Made by a program: the position numbers and the translations under genes. From NCBI GenBank assembly GCA_964414345.1, contig CAYPWF010000009.1, positions 5,321-69,320 of the forward strand: a stretch of 64,000 bases of DNA, given 5' to 3'. The stretch is from an uncultured Desulfarculaceae bacterium. GTDB lineage: Bacteria; Desulfobacterota; Desulfocorpusculales; Desulfocorpusculum. Below are positions 20,707-29,219 of this stretch, piece by piece. How positions within the stretch are numbered: the first letter of the stretch is position 1; each line of letters starts with the position of its first letter. The notes beneath the pieces were generated by a model. The model ran no database searches. It worked only from the letters and a program-made list of their open reading frames with translations, and was not told the origin of the DNA.

Positions 20707-20954
20707 TTCAGCTCCTTGAGAAAGAGTTGGTGATATTCCTCTTCTTTCAAGTGAGCGCGCATCAATCCGGTGAGAAGGTGCACTGTGCGGTCTATCTCCT
20801 CTTGGGTGAGCCTAGGGCATATCGCCTCCAAGAGGCGGTCGTCGGAAAATTTCTGGAGAAAAACCTTGAAAGAGGCCTCGTCCAGCTCCCTTGAGAGCCC
20901 GAAAGCCACCTCCCCCTGATAATTTTCCACGAACTGGTGGGAATGCTTGCCCAT
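20703..20954 (-). CDS. Small hypothetical cytoplasmic protein (83 aa)
   Basis: Helical-looking ORF from MGKHSHQF with RBS-like GGAG upstream; 4-nt overlap with the acyltransferase start. Confidence 0.7.
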   Translation of the reverse strand: MGKHSHQFVENYQGEVAFGLSRELDEASFKVFLQKFSDDRLLEAICPRLTQEEIDRTVHLLTGLMRAHLKEEEYHQLFLKELK

Positions 20955-21015
20955 GGTATGCTCCTTTTCCGACTTATCTTGCACTGCATAAGGGGCGGCA
21001 AGTAACATATCGTAC

Positions 21016-22992
21016 ATGCTTATCGCTGCCAATCAGGTCACCAAATTCTACGGCAAGCAGGACCTTATCCGCCGGGCCAACCTTCACATCAACAGAGGCG
21101 AGAAAGTAGGGCTGGTAGGTCCCAACGGTTCGGGCAAGAGCACTTTGCTTAGAATTCTGCTGGGTGAATTAGAACCCGATGAAGGGGAAATCCATGTGGC
21201 CCGCCATATCCGCATTGGTTATCTCCCCCAAGATCTGCTCTCCTTTAGGGGGAAAACGGTCATGGAGCAGGTTCTGGATGTGGCAGAAGAGATCCGGTGG
21301 GTGGAAAAACAGATGAGAGCTCTCCAAAAAGAGATGGACTCCGGTTCTGGAGCTGATCGGGAGGAGATGGCCCTCAGACTCTCCCAACTCATGGATCGCT
21401 TTCAGCACCTAGGAGGATATGACTTGCAGCCCAGGGCTGAGAAGATCCTCATAGGCCTGGGCTTTGAGCAGCAGGATTTCTCCCGGCCCACAGAAACCCT
21501 AAGCGGCGGCTGGATGATGAGATTGGCGCTGGCCCGGGTGCTTTTGAGCGATCCGGACTTGTTGCTTTTGGACGAGCCCACCAATCACCTGGACCTGGAG
21601 GCCTTGAGGTGGCTGGAGGACTTCTTGGTGCAAATGCAAGCGGCCTTACTGATCATCTCTCATGATCGGACCCTCCTGAACAAAGTGGTAAGCCGGATCT
21701 TGGAACTTGAAGCAGGAGAGCTGGTCTCCTATTCGGGGAACTTTGATTTTTACAGAAAGGAGAAACAGCGGCGTCTGGAACAAAGGTGGGCTGCTTATAG
21801 GGCGCAGCAAGAGCAACTGAGGCAAGTTCAACGCTTTATAGAGCGGAACCGGGCCAGAAAAGATAGAGCCAGACAGGTCCAGAGCCGTATAAGGTCCATT
21901 GAGAAGTTGGAACTTGTTGAACCACCTCGAAAAACAGAAGAAATGAAATTCAGATTCCCACCAGCGCCGCCTTCGGGAAGAATAGTAGCCGAGCTGGAGA
22001 AGATCTCATTCAGATTCAACGAAAGAGCTGTCTTCAAAAAAGCCTCCTTAGTTCTGGAAAGAGGCGTCAAGCTGGCGGTCGTAGGTCCCAACGGCTCTGG
22101 TAAGAGCACTCTTCTTAAGCTCCTGGCAGGTGAACTCTCCCCCCAAGAAGGAATCCGCAGGACCGGCCATGGGGTTAGGATAGCGCATTTTTCCCAGCTC
22201 CACATGGATAAGCTCCACCCTGAAAAGACGGTCTTGGAAGAACTGCTGGATACCAGCTCTCATCCCCACCAGGGAGAGCTCAGGGATCTTTTGGGCGCCT
22301 TTCACTTCCGCGGAGATGCGGTGTTCAAGAGGGTATCGGTTCTAAGCGGCGGAGAAAGAAGCCGCCTGCTTCTGTGCAAGATTCTCTTGGCTGAAGCCAA
22401 TATGCTTCTTTTGGACGAACCCACAAATCACCTGGACATCTCCTCCAGAGAGGTCTTGGAGAGGGCCTTGGTTGAGTTCAAAGGGGCGCTGTGCTTGGTG
22501 ACCCATGACAGGGAGCTGATGAATAGAGTCACCCATCAGACTCTCCTGATGCGCCCCCAAGGCTGGGAGGTTTTCCACGGCAGCTATCAGGCTTACCTTA
22601 GTTCTTGGGCTGGAAGAAATGTTGAGCCTACCCAGGCCCAAGTCAGCCCTTTGCAAGGCAAATCGGTCCGTAGAGAAAAAGAGCAAAAACGCCTTGAGGC
22701 AGAATGGAGAAACAAGTTTTACAGGCTCAAGGAACCCATTGAAAGCGAAATAAGAAGTCTTGAAAATCAGGTGGAAGTCGCCTCGCAGAGGCTTGATGAG
22801 ATCCAAAGGGAAATGGGTGATGTGGAGCTATATCGTTTTGCCGAGAGGGCCAAGGCCATACAACAGGAATTCGAGACCCTTAGGGCCCAGGTCCGAAACT
22901 GGACACAGAGGTGGGAAGAGTTGCAAGCCCAATTGGAAGAGATAGAAGAGCAGATGGCAAGGGAGCGCCCTTCGGCAGCCCAAGACTCTTAA
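21016..22992 (+). CDS. ABC-F family ATPase (YheS/Uup-like)
   Basis: Two ABC domains (GPNGSGKST x2, LSGGW/LSGGE, LLLDEPTNHLD x2), no TM segments, C-terminal coiled coil. Confidence 0.93.
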   Translation: MLIAANQVTKFYGKQDLIRRANLHINRGEKVGLVGPNGSGKSTLLRILLGELEPDEGEIHVARHIRIGYLPQDLLSFRGKTVMEQVLDVAEEIRWVEKQMRALQKEMDSGSGADREEMALRLSQLMDRFQHLGGYDLQPRAEKILIGLGFEQQDFSRPTETLSGGWMMRLALARVLLSDPDLLLLDEPTNHLDLEALRWLEDFLVQMQAALLIISHDRTLLNKVVSRILELEAGELVSYSGNFDFYRKEKQRRLEQRWAAYRAQQEQLRQVQRFIERNRARKDRARQVQSRIRSIEKLELVEPPRKTEEMKFRFPPAPPSGRIVAELEKISFRFNERAVFKKASLVLERGVKLAVVGPNGSGKSTLLKLLAGELSPQEGIRRTGHGVRIAHFSQLHMDKLHPEKTVLEELLDTSSHPHQGELRDLLGAFHFRGDAVFKRVSVLSGGERSRLLLCKILLAEANMLLLDEPTNHLDISSREVLERALVEFKGALCLVTHDRELMNRVTHQTLLMRPQGWEVFHGSYQAYLSSWAGRNVEPTQAQVSPLQGKSVRREKEQKRLEAEWRNKFYRLKEPIESEIRSLENQVEVASQRLDEIQREMGDVELYRFAERAKAIQQEFETLRAQVRNWTQRWEELQAQLEEIEEQMARERPSAAQDS

Positions 22993-23020
22993 AGCTTGAA
23001 CCACGAACTGGAAAAGAGAA

Positions 23021-23283
23021 GCCCCCGACTGGGTGCGGGGGCCAAGGTAAAGGAGGTTTGGGGAGATCGCTTCCCCACAAATTTAGACACCCCTGGGAAT
23101 TTTTTGTTCCAGAAAATCTTGGAACCGGTCCCTATTGTTCCCCCAAACAAAAACCCCCGCTGGGTACGGGGGCCAAAGTGGAGGAGGTTGAGGGAGTTGT
23201 TTCCTAAAATTTAAGACAACACCAACTGAAAAAGGTTCCAGGTTCAAAAAAATTTTTTTGGCCTCCATCTTTCCCCATTTGCC
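23021..23283. repeat. Degenerate tandem duplication, ~132-bp period, each unit starting with a REP-like hairpin
   Basis: CCCCGACTGGGTGCGGGGGCCAAGGTAAAGGAGGTT (23021+) versus CCCCGCTGGGTACGGGGGCCAAAGTGGAGGAGGTT (23154+), with similarity continuing to AAATTTA(A)GACA. Confidence 0.65.
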
Positions 23284-23460
23284 TTGGGGGGGTGACGGCC
23301 CACCCAGCAATGAATTATTCTATCCAAATGGGCTTGCCCCTCTCCTTTGGCCCAAACGAGCCTTTGACAGGTCATGGGAGTTGGGAGGCGGAACTCCCCA
23401 TGGATCAGCTCATGGTCTTTGATGGCTGGCGCCTTGGGGGGTTGCGTTTTGAGGGTAGTT

Positions 23461-23670
23461 GGTCACGGGGGTGATGGCATTTCTCTTTGCTTCAAGCCCT
23501 CGGCGCTTGATTTTCCAAAGGATTTGGTCTCCGGGGGATATTTGCCCCCTCCCTCGGTCGCCCTCAGCTTAGCTTCGGGCCAGAGGGTTTCCCCCAGGTC
23601 CAAATACTGGAAAATCAAAGCGGATCTGCCAAGCCGCTCCGAGAAACGGAATCATCCTGTGATCGCTTAC
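23461..23670 (+). repeat. Family-2 long-hairpin repeat, full copy 1
   Basis: Ungapped match to the reverse complement of 39601-39810, 190/210 by hand count; nested inverted repeats. Confidence 0.85.
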
Positions 23671-23763
23671 CTTTGAGGTGTAGAGAAACCGATTATATTT
23701 GGCTTGCGGGGGAAACCCGCCTTTAGGTTTTTTTTCATTCCAAGCCAAGGAGATCGTTTTTTT

Positions 23764-25494
23764 ATGTGGCCTTTTTCCAGAACAGACCTTGTGTTACTTC
23801 ATCCCCCTAGTGTCTATGATTTCAGAGACCATCCCATAATGTTCGGCCCTATAAGCGACGTTATCCCCTCTACGGCCATCTTTGAGATGTATCCAGTTGG
23901 ATTCACGGCCATGGCCGAGTACTTGGGCCGTAGCGGCTTTAGGGTCAGGATCATCAATTTGGCTCTTCGGATGCTCAAGAGCCCAAGCTATAACCCGGAG
24001 GCCGTGATCAAGGCTCTTAGGCCTTTGGCCTTTGGTATAGATCTTCACTGGCTCCCCCACGTGCAGGGAAGCCTGAAGGTGGCTTCCATATGTAAAAAGC
24101 ATCATCCGGGGATACCGGTCATAATGGGAGGGTTCTCCTCCTCTTACTTTTTTATGGAACTTCTTCAAAGGCCCGAGGTTGACTATGTGCTCAGGGGGGA
24201 TTCCACCGAGGAGCCTCTACGCATGCTTATGGAGGCTATTTCCCAAGGACGCACCAAAGACCTATTCCATGTTCCCAACCTGGCCTGGAGGACTCGGCAC
24301 GGAAAAATAGTGGGGAATCCCATCTCCCACCTGCCCCAGGTACTGGACCATTATGTAGACAACTATGGATCCATGATGAGATCCGCCATACGTTACCTAG
24401 ACATCAAGAGTATGCTTCCCATACACGACTGGTGGTCCTATCCCATCACCGCGGTCATGACATGCAGGGGATGCGTCCATTCCTGTTCTTTTTGCGGGGG
24501 AAGCCGCTATGGTCTTAGGATCTTCGGCCAGAGAAGTAAGCCTGCTTTCCGTCCTCCTGACTTGGTAGTACAGGACATACGTAAGATATCAGGGTTTACC
24601 TCAGCGCCTATCTTCGTGGTGGGGGACCTGCGTCAGGCAGGAGAGGATTACGCCCGGCAGGTCTTGGAGGGATTGGAACCTCTAAGGGTCCCCAACCAGG
24701 TGGTGATCGAGCTTTTCGGCAAAGCCCCCCTGTCCTACTTTAAGAAATTGGCCCAGGCTGTACCAAACTTCAATCTGGAGATGTCCCCGGAAAGTCACGA
24801 GCTTGAGGTGCGGGCAGCCAGCGGCAAGCATTACACCAATCAGGAGCTGGAAGAAACAATTCAAGCAGCCCTGGATGCAGGTTGCCGCAAGTTTGATCTT
24901 TTCTTCATGATCGGTCTGCCGAAACAAACCTTTGAATCTGTGCTGGCCACAGTGGATTACTGCGAAGCTTTGCTCAAACGATTCGGGCCTAGGCTTGTGC
25001 CTTTCATTTCTCCTCTTGCACCTTTCATAGATCCTGCAAGCCCGATATTCGAAGAGCCGGAACGATTCGGGTACAAGTTGTTTTTCAAGACATTGGAGGA
25101 GTTTGAAAAGGCCCTGCTTCAGCCCAGCTGGAAATATGCCCTCTCTTACGAGACCAAATGGATGTCCAGAGACCAGATAGTGGAGGCCACTTACGAGGCA
25201 GCTCTAAGACTAAACCGCATCAAAGCCCGCTTTGGTCTTCTTGAGCTTCCCACCTCGCGCAAGGTTGAGGAACGCATCTTGCTGGCCCGCAGGCTCATCA
25301 AGCAGATAGACGAGTGCCTCTTGCTCCCCGAGGCTCAGAGAAGAAAGGCTCTGGATAGAATGAAGCAGGAGATACAAGAGGCAAATTCCGACACTCTTTG
25401 CGAGGCAAGGGAAATCCAGTGGCCCTCCCCCAAGAACTTTCACTTCATGGGCATAGCCAAGAACCTGCTTCGCAGGTCCGGAAAAGGAACCTGA
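23764..25494 (+). CDS. B12-binding radical SAM protein (resembles TIGR04190/Ta0216 family)
   Basis: LLHPPSVYDFR...STAIFEMYPVGF, GIDLHWLPH, CVHSCSFCGG (CxxxCxxC), SPESH, FFMIGLP; ATG at 23764. Confidence 0.88.
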   Translation: MWPFSRTDLVLLHPPSVYDFRDHPIMFGPISDVIPSTAIFEMYPVGFTAMAEYLGRSGFRVRIINLALRMLKSPSYNPEAVIKALRPLAFGIDLHWLPHVQGSLKVASICKKHHPGIPVIMGGFSSSYFFMELLQRPEVDYVLRGDSTEEPLRMLMEAISQGRTKDLFHVPNLAWRTRHGKIVGNPISHLPQVLDHYVDNYGSMMRSAIRYLDIKSMLPIHDWWSYPITAVMTCRGCVHSCSFCGGSRYGLRIFGQRSKPAFRPPDLVVQDIRKISGFTSAPIFVVGDLRQAGEDYARQVLEGLEPLRVPNQVVIELFGKAPLSYFKKLAQAVPNFNLEMSPESHELEVRAASGKHYTNQELEETIQAALDAGCRKFDLFFMIGLPKQTFESVLATVDYCEALLKRFGPRLVPFISPLAPFIDPASPIFEEPERFGYKLFFKTLEEFEKALLQPSWKYALSYETKWMSRDQIVEATYEAALRLNRIKARFGLLELPTSRKVEERILLARRLIKQIDECLLLPEAQRRKALDRMKQEIQEANSDTLCEAREIQWPSPKNFHFMGIAKNLLRRSGKGT

Positions 25495-25529
25495 AACAGC
25501 TGGATCCGGGCAACCCCGCAAGAGGCGTC

Positions 25530-25769
25530 TCAGCCCCCTGCTATGGGTGGAAATATGCTCACCCTGTCGCCTTCCTGGAGGAGCTGTTCCTTGGGGGCGT
25601 GAACACCGTTTACCAAAACTATCTTGGGGTCGCTGGGGGGTATACCGAGTTTCTCGATGAGATCTTGGAGAGTGAATCCCTCAGGCACATCCATCTGCAC
25701 CCCTGGCTGGCCCTGAGTCGGGAGGTATTCTCTGAGATGCCCGAAGAGCCTAAGCTCCACCTTAGGCAT
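25530..25769 (-). CDS. MoaD/ThiS-family sulfur carrier with canonical C-terminal GG
   Basis: LFGHLRE, VLVNG, GDRVSIFPPIAGG-stop. Confidence 0.93.
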   Translation of the reverse strand: MPKVELRLFGHLREYLPTQGQPGVQMDVPEGFTLQDLIEKLGIPPSDPKIVLVNGVHAPKEQLLQEGDRVSIFPPIAGG

Positions 25770-26100
25770 CAGATGCCCCCTTTTTCTCTCCTCTGGAAGC
25801 CTCTCTGGCCAAAACCCGCTCTTTTCTAAAAGAAAGCGACACAAAAGTGTTGAAAGAAAGCTCCGGCGGGAATATGGCCACCCTATCTCCGGGCCCCAGA
25901 ACCGTCTCAGGGGTGGATCCCTTCCCATTTACCAATATCAGCTTGGCCCGGCTCTGGGCCAGACCAAGCCTTTCCAAAAGTCCGGTCACACTGAGGGGGC
26001 CCTTTACCTCCAGCATCAGCTCCCCTTGCGCAACACCCAGCTCTTCCCGCAAGTGCCCTCCCACCAACACCCTTATGCTCCCGGAGCCGTCTTGCTTCAT
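25762..26100 (-). CDS. MoaD/ThiS-like paralog lacking GG, with ~33-aa C-terminal extension
   Basis: GHLRE, LLERLG, ILVNG, GDRVAIFPP, then ELSFNTFVSLSFRKER...; overlaps both neighbouring genes. Confidence 0.8.
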   Translation of the reverse strand: MKQDGSGSIRVLVGGHLREELGVAQGELMLEVKGPLSVTGLLERLGLAQSRAKLILVNGKGSTPETVLGPGDRVAIFPPELSFNTFVSLSFRKERVLAREASRGEKKGASDA

Positions 26101-26888
26101 AGAAGCCCCTTACAGTATCCACCGTCTATGGCTATAGAGGCCCCTGTGATGTAGCTTGCCCTTTCAGAGGCCAAAAAGGCCACCAGGTCTGCCAGTTCCT
26201 CTGGTTTTCCCAGTCTTCCCATGGGAATCTGAGACTCCCATCCCCGCATGATCTCGGATGCAGTGGTCCCTTTGCTGGCAGCCAGAGACTTGGCCAGCTC
26301 CTCCACACGTTCCGTCAGCATGAAGCCAGTGCAAACACAGTTCACCAGTATCCCTTCGGCTGCAAGCTCGTTGGAAAGGCTCTTGGCCCATCCATGCACC
26401 CCCGCTCTAATGGAGTTGGACAGGATGAGCCCCTCTATGGGCTGCTTGACTGCTGCCGAGGTGAGATTGATGATGCGTCCCCAGCCTTGTTTTCGCATGT
26501 ATGGAAGAACCAGCCGAGTGAGTCTTATGGCGCTCATGAGATTGAGCTGGAAGGCATTCTCCCAGCTATCCTCTTTCAGATCCAGGAACCTGGCCGAAGG
26601 CGGGCCTCCGGCGTTGTTCACCAGGATATGGACGCTCTGGAACCTCTCCACGGCCTCTTCCACAAAGGCCTTTACATCTTGGGGATTGGAGAGGTCTGTG
26701 GCTTTCCACCAAAGCTGGGTTCCTGTCTCCTGAGAGATGGCAAGGGCCGTTTTTTCCAAGAGCTCTGCGTTTCTGGCACATATGCCCACCTTTGCCCCTT
26801 CACGGGCCAGGCTGCGTGCAACTTCCCGACCCAGGCCCTTGCTGGCCCCCGCCACCAGAGCCACTTTGCCTTTCAAACCAAGATCCAC
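26097..26888 (-). CDS. Atypical short-chain dehydrogenase/reductase
   Basis: AGASKGLG, LVNNAGG, PMGRLGKPEE, YITG..IAIDGG; SNSIR in place of YxxxK. Confidence 0.9.
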   Translation of the reverse strand: MDLGLKGKVALVAGASKGLGREVARSLAREGAKVGICARNAELLEKTALAISQETGTQLWWKATDLSNPQDVKAFVEEAVERFQSVHILVNNAGGPPSARFLDLKEDSWENAFQLNLMSAIRLTRLVLPYMRKQGWGRIINLTSAAVKQPIEGLILSNSIRAGVHGWAKSLSNELAAEGILVNCVCTGFMLTERVEELAKSLAASKGTTASEIMRGWESQIPMGRLGKPEELADLVAFLASERASYITGASIAIDGGYCKGLL

Positions 26889-26931
26889 CGAAAACCTCCC
26901 TTGAGCGCCTGTCCTTAAGTTTTCAAGCCTT

Positions 26932-26957
26932 AAAGAAGGGGGCCGCAGCCCCCCTCC
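26932..26957 (-). terminator. Possible weak terminator/hairpin between aor and the SDR gene
   Basis: Minus strand GAGGGGGG-CTGCGG-CCCCCTTC followed by a short TTTA. Confidence 0.35.
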
Positions 26958-26981
26958 TGCAGGAGCCTCTCAACTGGAACC

Positions 26982-28718
26982 TCAAAAATTGAAAATCTGG
27001 TCCAACTCCTTTGCCGGGACGTCAAACACCACATTGTGGGGAGGCAAAGGCTCCTTCTGGAAGAACTCCGGCAGGCGATCCTGCAATGCCGTAAACCCTG
27101 CGGCCAGATTGAAAGAGCGCTCCTTCCTCAGCACTCTCTTGCCGTACTCCAGAAGGTCCTCCATGCCAAAGCTCCATCCGTACTGGGCGCCCACCATTTT
27201 GGGAAGCGCCTCCATTCCAGAGGGTATATCCATTATGGCGAAAGCCACAAACACGCACAGGCCTAGGGAGTCTATGGCTGCAGTGGCGATCTGGAGGTTG
27301 CGGGAGAGATCCACCTGCCCTTCGGGCTTCAGCGGGTCCACGAACCCGCCCACCTTCATTATGTTTGTAGCCACTGCATAACCTGCTGTGTGATCCGCTC
27401 CCATGGGGCTTGTGGCGTAGGTCACCCCGATCCCCTTGATAGCCCTCGGGTCATAGGCTGGGAGCCCCTGGCGTTTTACCACAGGCACATGAGACACCCC
27501 GAAGGCCTGCCCCACCACCGCAGCCCCACTTCCTATAATGCGTCCCAGGGCAGTACCCTTTCCCACCTCCTGGAGGAGCTCTATGGCTCCCTGGGCATCC
27601 CCGAACCTCTTCACCCCAGCATACATGGCCACCCCGATGGCGCAGCCCATCTCGATGGTGTCCAGGCCGTACTCGTCGCAAAGCCTGTCTATCTGGGCTA
27701 TGGCGTCCAAATCGTCTATCCCGCAGTTGGCCCCATTGGCCCAGATGGTCTCGTACTCAAAGCCAGAGGTAAGGTACTTGCCCTCCTTATCGTTGTACAC
27801 GTTGGAGCATTGGATTATGCAAGTCGAGCAGGCAGAGTGAGTAGTGCTGCCCCCCCTGGCCTTTATGACATCGTGCATGGTCTCACCGCTGATCTTATGG
27901 GTCCCCTCGAACCTGCCCTCTGTAAAGTTCCTGGTGGGGTAGGCCCCAGCTTCATTTATTACATTTGCCAGGATGTTAGTCCCGTACACCGCAAGTCCCC
28001 CTCCGGGCTTGGTCACCGGGTGCTCCCTGAGGGCGTCCCTGAAGGCGGCAGCCGCGGCCTTGAAGGCCTCCTGGTCCGCGTAGGAAACCCCTGGGGCTTC
28101 GGTGTCATCCACCACAATGGCCTTGAGCCCCTTGGAGCCCATTACCGCCCCCATGCCTCCCCGCCCTGCATGCCGCGCAGGCTTCCCTTGGGTGCTGGTC
28201 ACAGCCACCGAGGCGGCCGAAAGCTTCATCTCGCCAGCAGGCCCAATGGAAACTATGCCCACTTTCTCCCCGTATTTGGCCTGAAGTTTTTCGCAAAGAG
28301 CATAATTGGTGAGCCCGGCTAGGTCACCCCCCTCAAGCAGCTTTCCCCCCTCCTTGTTCACCAAGAGGTAATACCACTTACCGCTTTTGGGAAGGCCCTC
28401 TACCACTATCCCGGCAATCCCCAGCCTGCCCAACTTCACAGCAACGTTCCCCCCCACGTTGCTCTCTTTGATGCCTCCCGTGAGCGGACTTTTCCCACCC
28501 ACTGAAAGCCTCCCCGAGTTGGGACAGGTGCTCCCTGCCAGGAGACCGGGTGCCACCACCAGCTTGTTGGCCGCCCCAAGGGGATGGCACAATGGGTCCA
28601 CCTCTTTGGCCACGATGGAGGAGGTCAAGGCTCGCCCCCCCAGCCGAGCCTCTTCTCCTGAGAGATCCTCCATCCGCACCGCCCCGGCCGACATGTCCAC
28701 CCTCATCAGCTTTCTCAT
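26982..28718 (-). CDS. aor: Tungsten-type aldehyde:ferredoxin oxidoreductase family protein
   Basis: KSPLTGGIKESN, GRGGMGAVMGSKGLKAI, CSTCIIQC, EYETIW, CDEYGLDTIEMG, YDPR, GADHT. Confidence 0.93.
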   Translation of the reverse strand: MRKLMRVDMSAGAVRMEDLSGEEARLGGRALTSSIVAKEVDPLCHPLGAANKLVVAPGLLAGSTCPNSGRLSVGGKSPLTGGIKESNVGGNVAVKLGRLGIAGIVVEGLPKSGKWYYLLVNKEGGKLLEGGDLAGLTNYALCEKLQAKYGEKVGIVSIGPAGEMKLSAASVAVTSTQGKPARHAGRGGMGAVMGSKGLKAIVVDDTEAPGVSYADQEAFKAAAAAFRDALREHPVTKPGGGLAVYGTNILANVINEAGAYPTRNFTEGRFEGTHKISGETMHDVIKARGGSTTHSACSTCIIQCSNVYNDKEGKYLTSGFEYETIWANGANCGIDDLDAIAQIDRLCDEYGLDTIEMGCAIGVAMYAGVKRFGDAQGAIELLQEVGKGTALGRIIGSGAAVVGQAFGVSHVPVVKRQGLPAYDPRAIKGIGVTYATSPMGADHTAGYAVATNIMKVGGFVDPLKPEGQVDLSRNLQIATAAIDSLGLCVFVAFAIMDIPSGMEALPKMVGAQYGWSFGMEDLLEYGKRVLRKERSFNLAAGFTALQDRLPEFFQKEPLPPHNVVFDVPAKELDQIFNF

Positions 28719-28997
28719 GGCAAACCTCCTGTTTGTGGGATGAGAAAAAGCGGGTGCAAGCGGGCCAATGAATGAAACCAGCTCCGCCTAAGCTTCTGGC
28801 ACAAGAATAGAGACAGCTCACTTCAAAAGTCAAGCCGCTTGGGATGACAAATTGAGCTCGGCTTCGGCTTAACAAGTCGTTTTATGCTGGAAAAAACATA
28901 ATTTCTTCTTTTCATGCTTGGTGTCTTCAAGGCAAAGGATAGAATTGTTGCAAAATTTATGGGCTTACCTTTGTTTATGGATGATCTATTTAACGAT

Positions 28998-29195
28998 TAG
29001 CACGTATTATTCACGAGTAATGGATGATGCAGGCTATCTTAATGACATATCTGGAGAAATCGGTCCATGCTCAAAAGCAGCCTGCTTTTGGGTTCCAGAG
29101 TTTATATTGCTTTGAGTCGGAATATGTCGAAGTGCACCGGGGGCTGGGGGGCTTGAGCCCCCAAAGTCAGCGGCTTTGGAGAATATCCTGGTTAG
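28998..29195 (+). mobile_element. Family-1 MITE-like repeat, copy B
   Basis: TAGCACGTATTATTCACGAG...GCAGGCTATC...GGGGGCTTGAGCCCCCAAAGTC...GGCTTTGGAGAATATCCTGGTTAG. Confidence 0.75.
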
Positions 29196-29219
29196 CTGTG
29201 TCAGTGGTGAGCTTGACTC

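Noticed and set aside
23374-23676. Paralogous-looking ORFs (23374-23676 and 39565-39903) sharing GHGGDGISL...GGYLPPPSVALSL
   Set aside because: They are read-throughs of the family-2 DNA repeat. Many of the 20 nucleotide differences change amino acids, the starts are not shared, and the third copy is not a matching ORF.
25472-25500. CAGGTCCGGAA resembling the SRP RNA core
   Set aside because: Lies inside the radical SAM coding end, and the helix-8 pairing (TCC-GGAA-GGA-AGCAGC) is absent.
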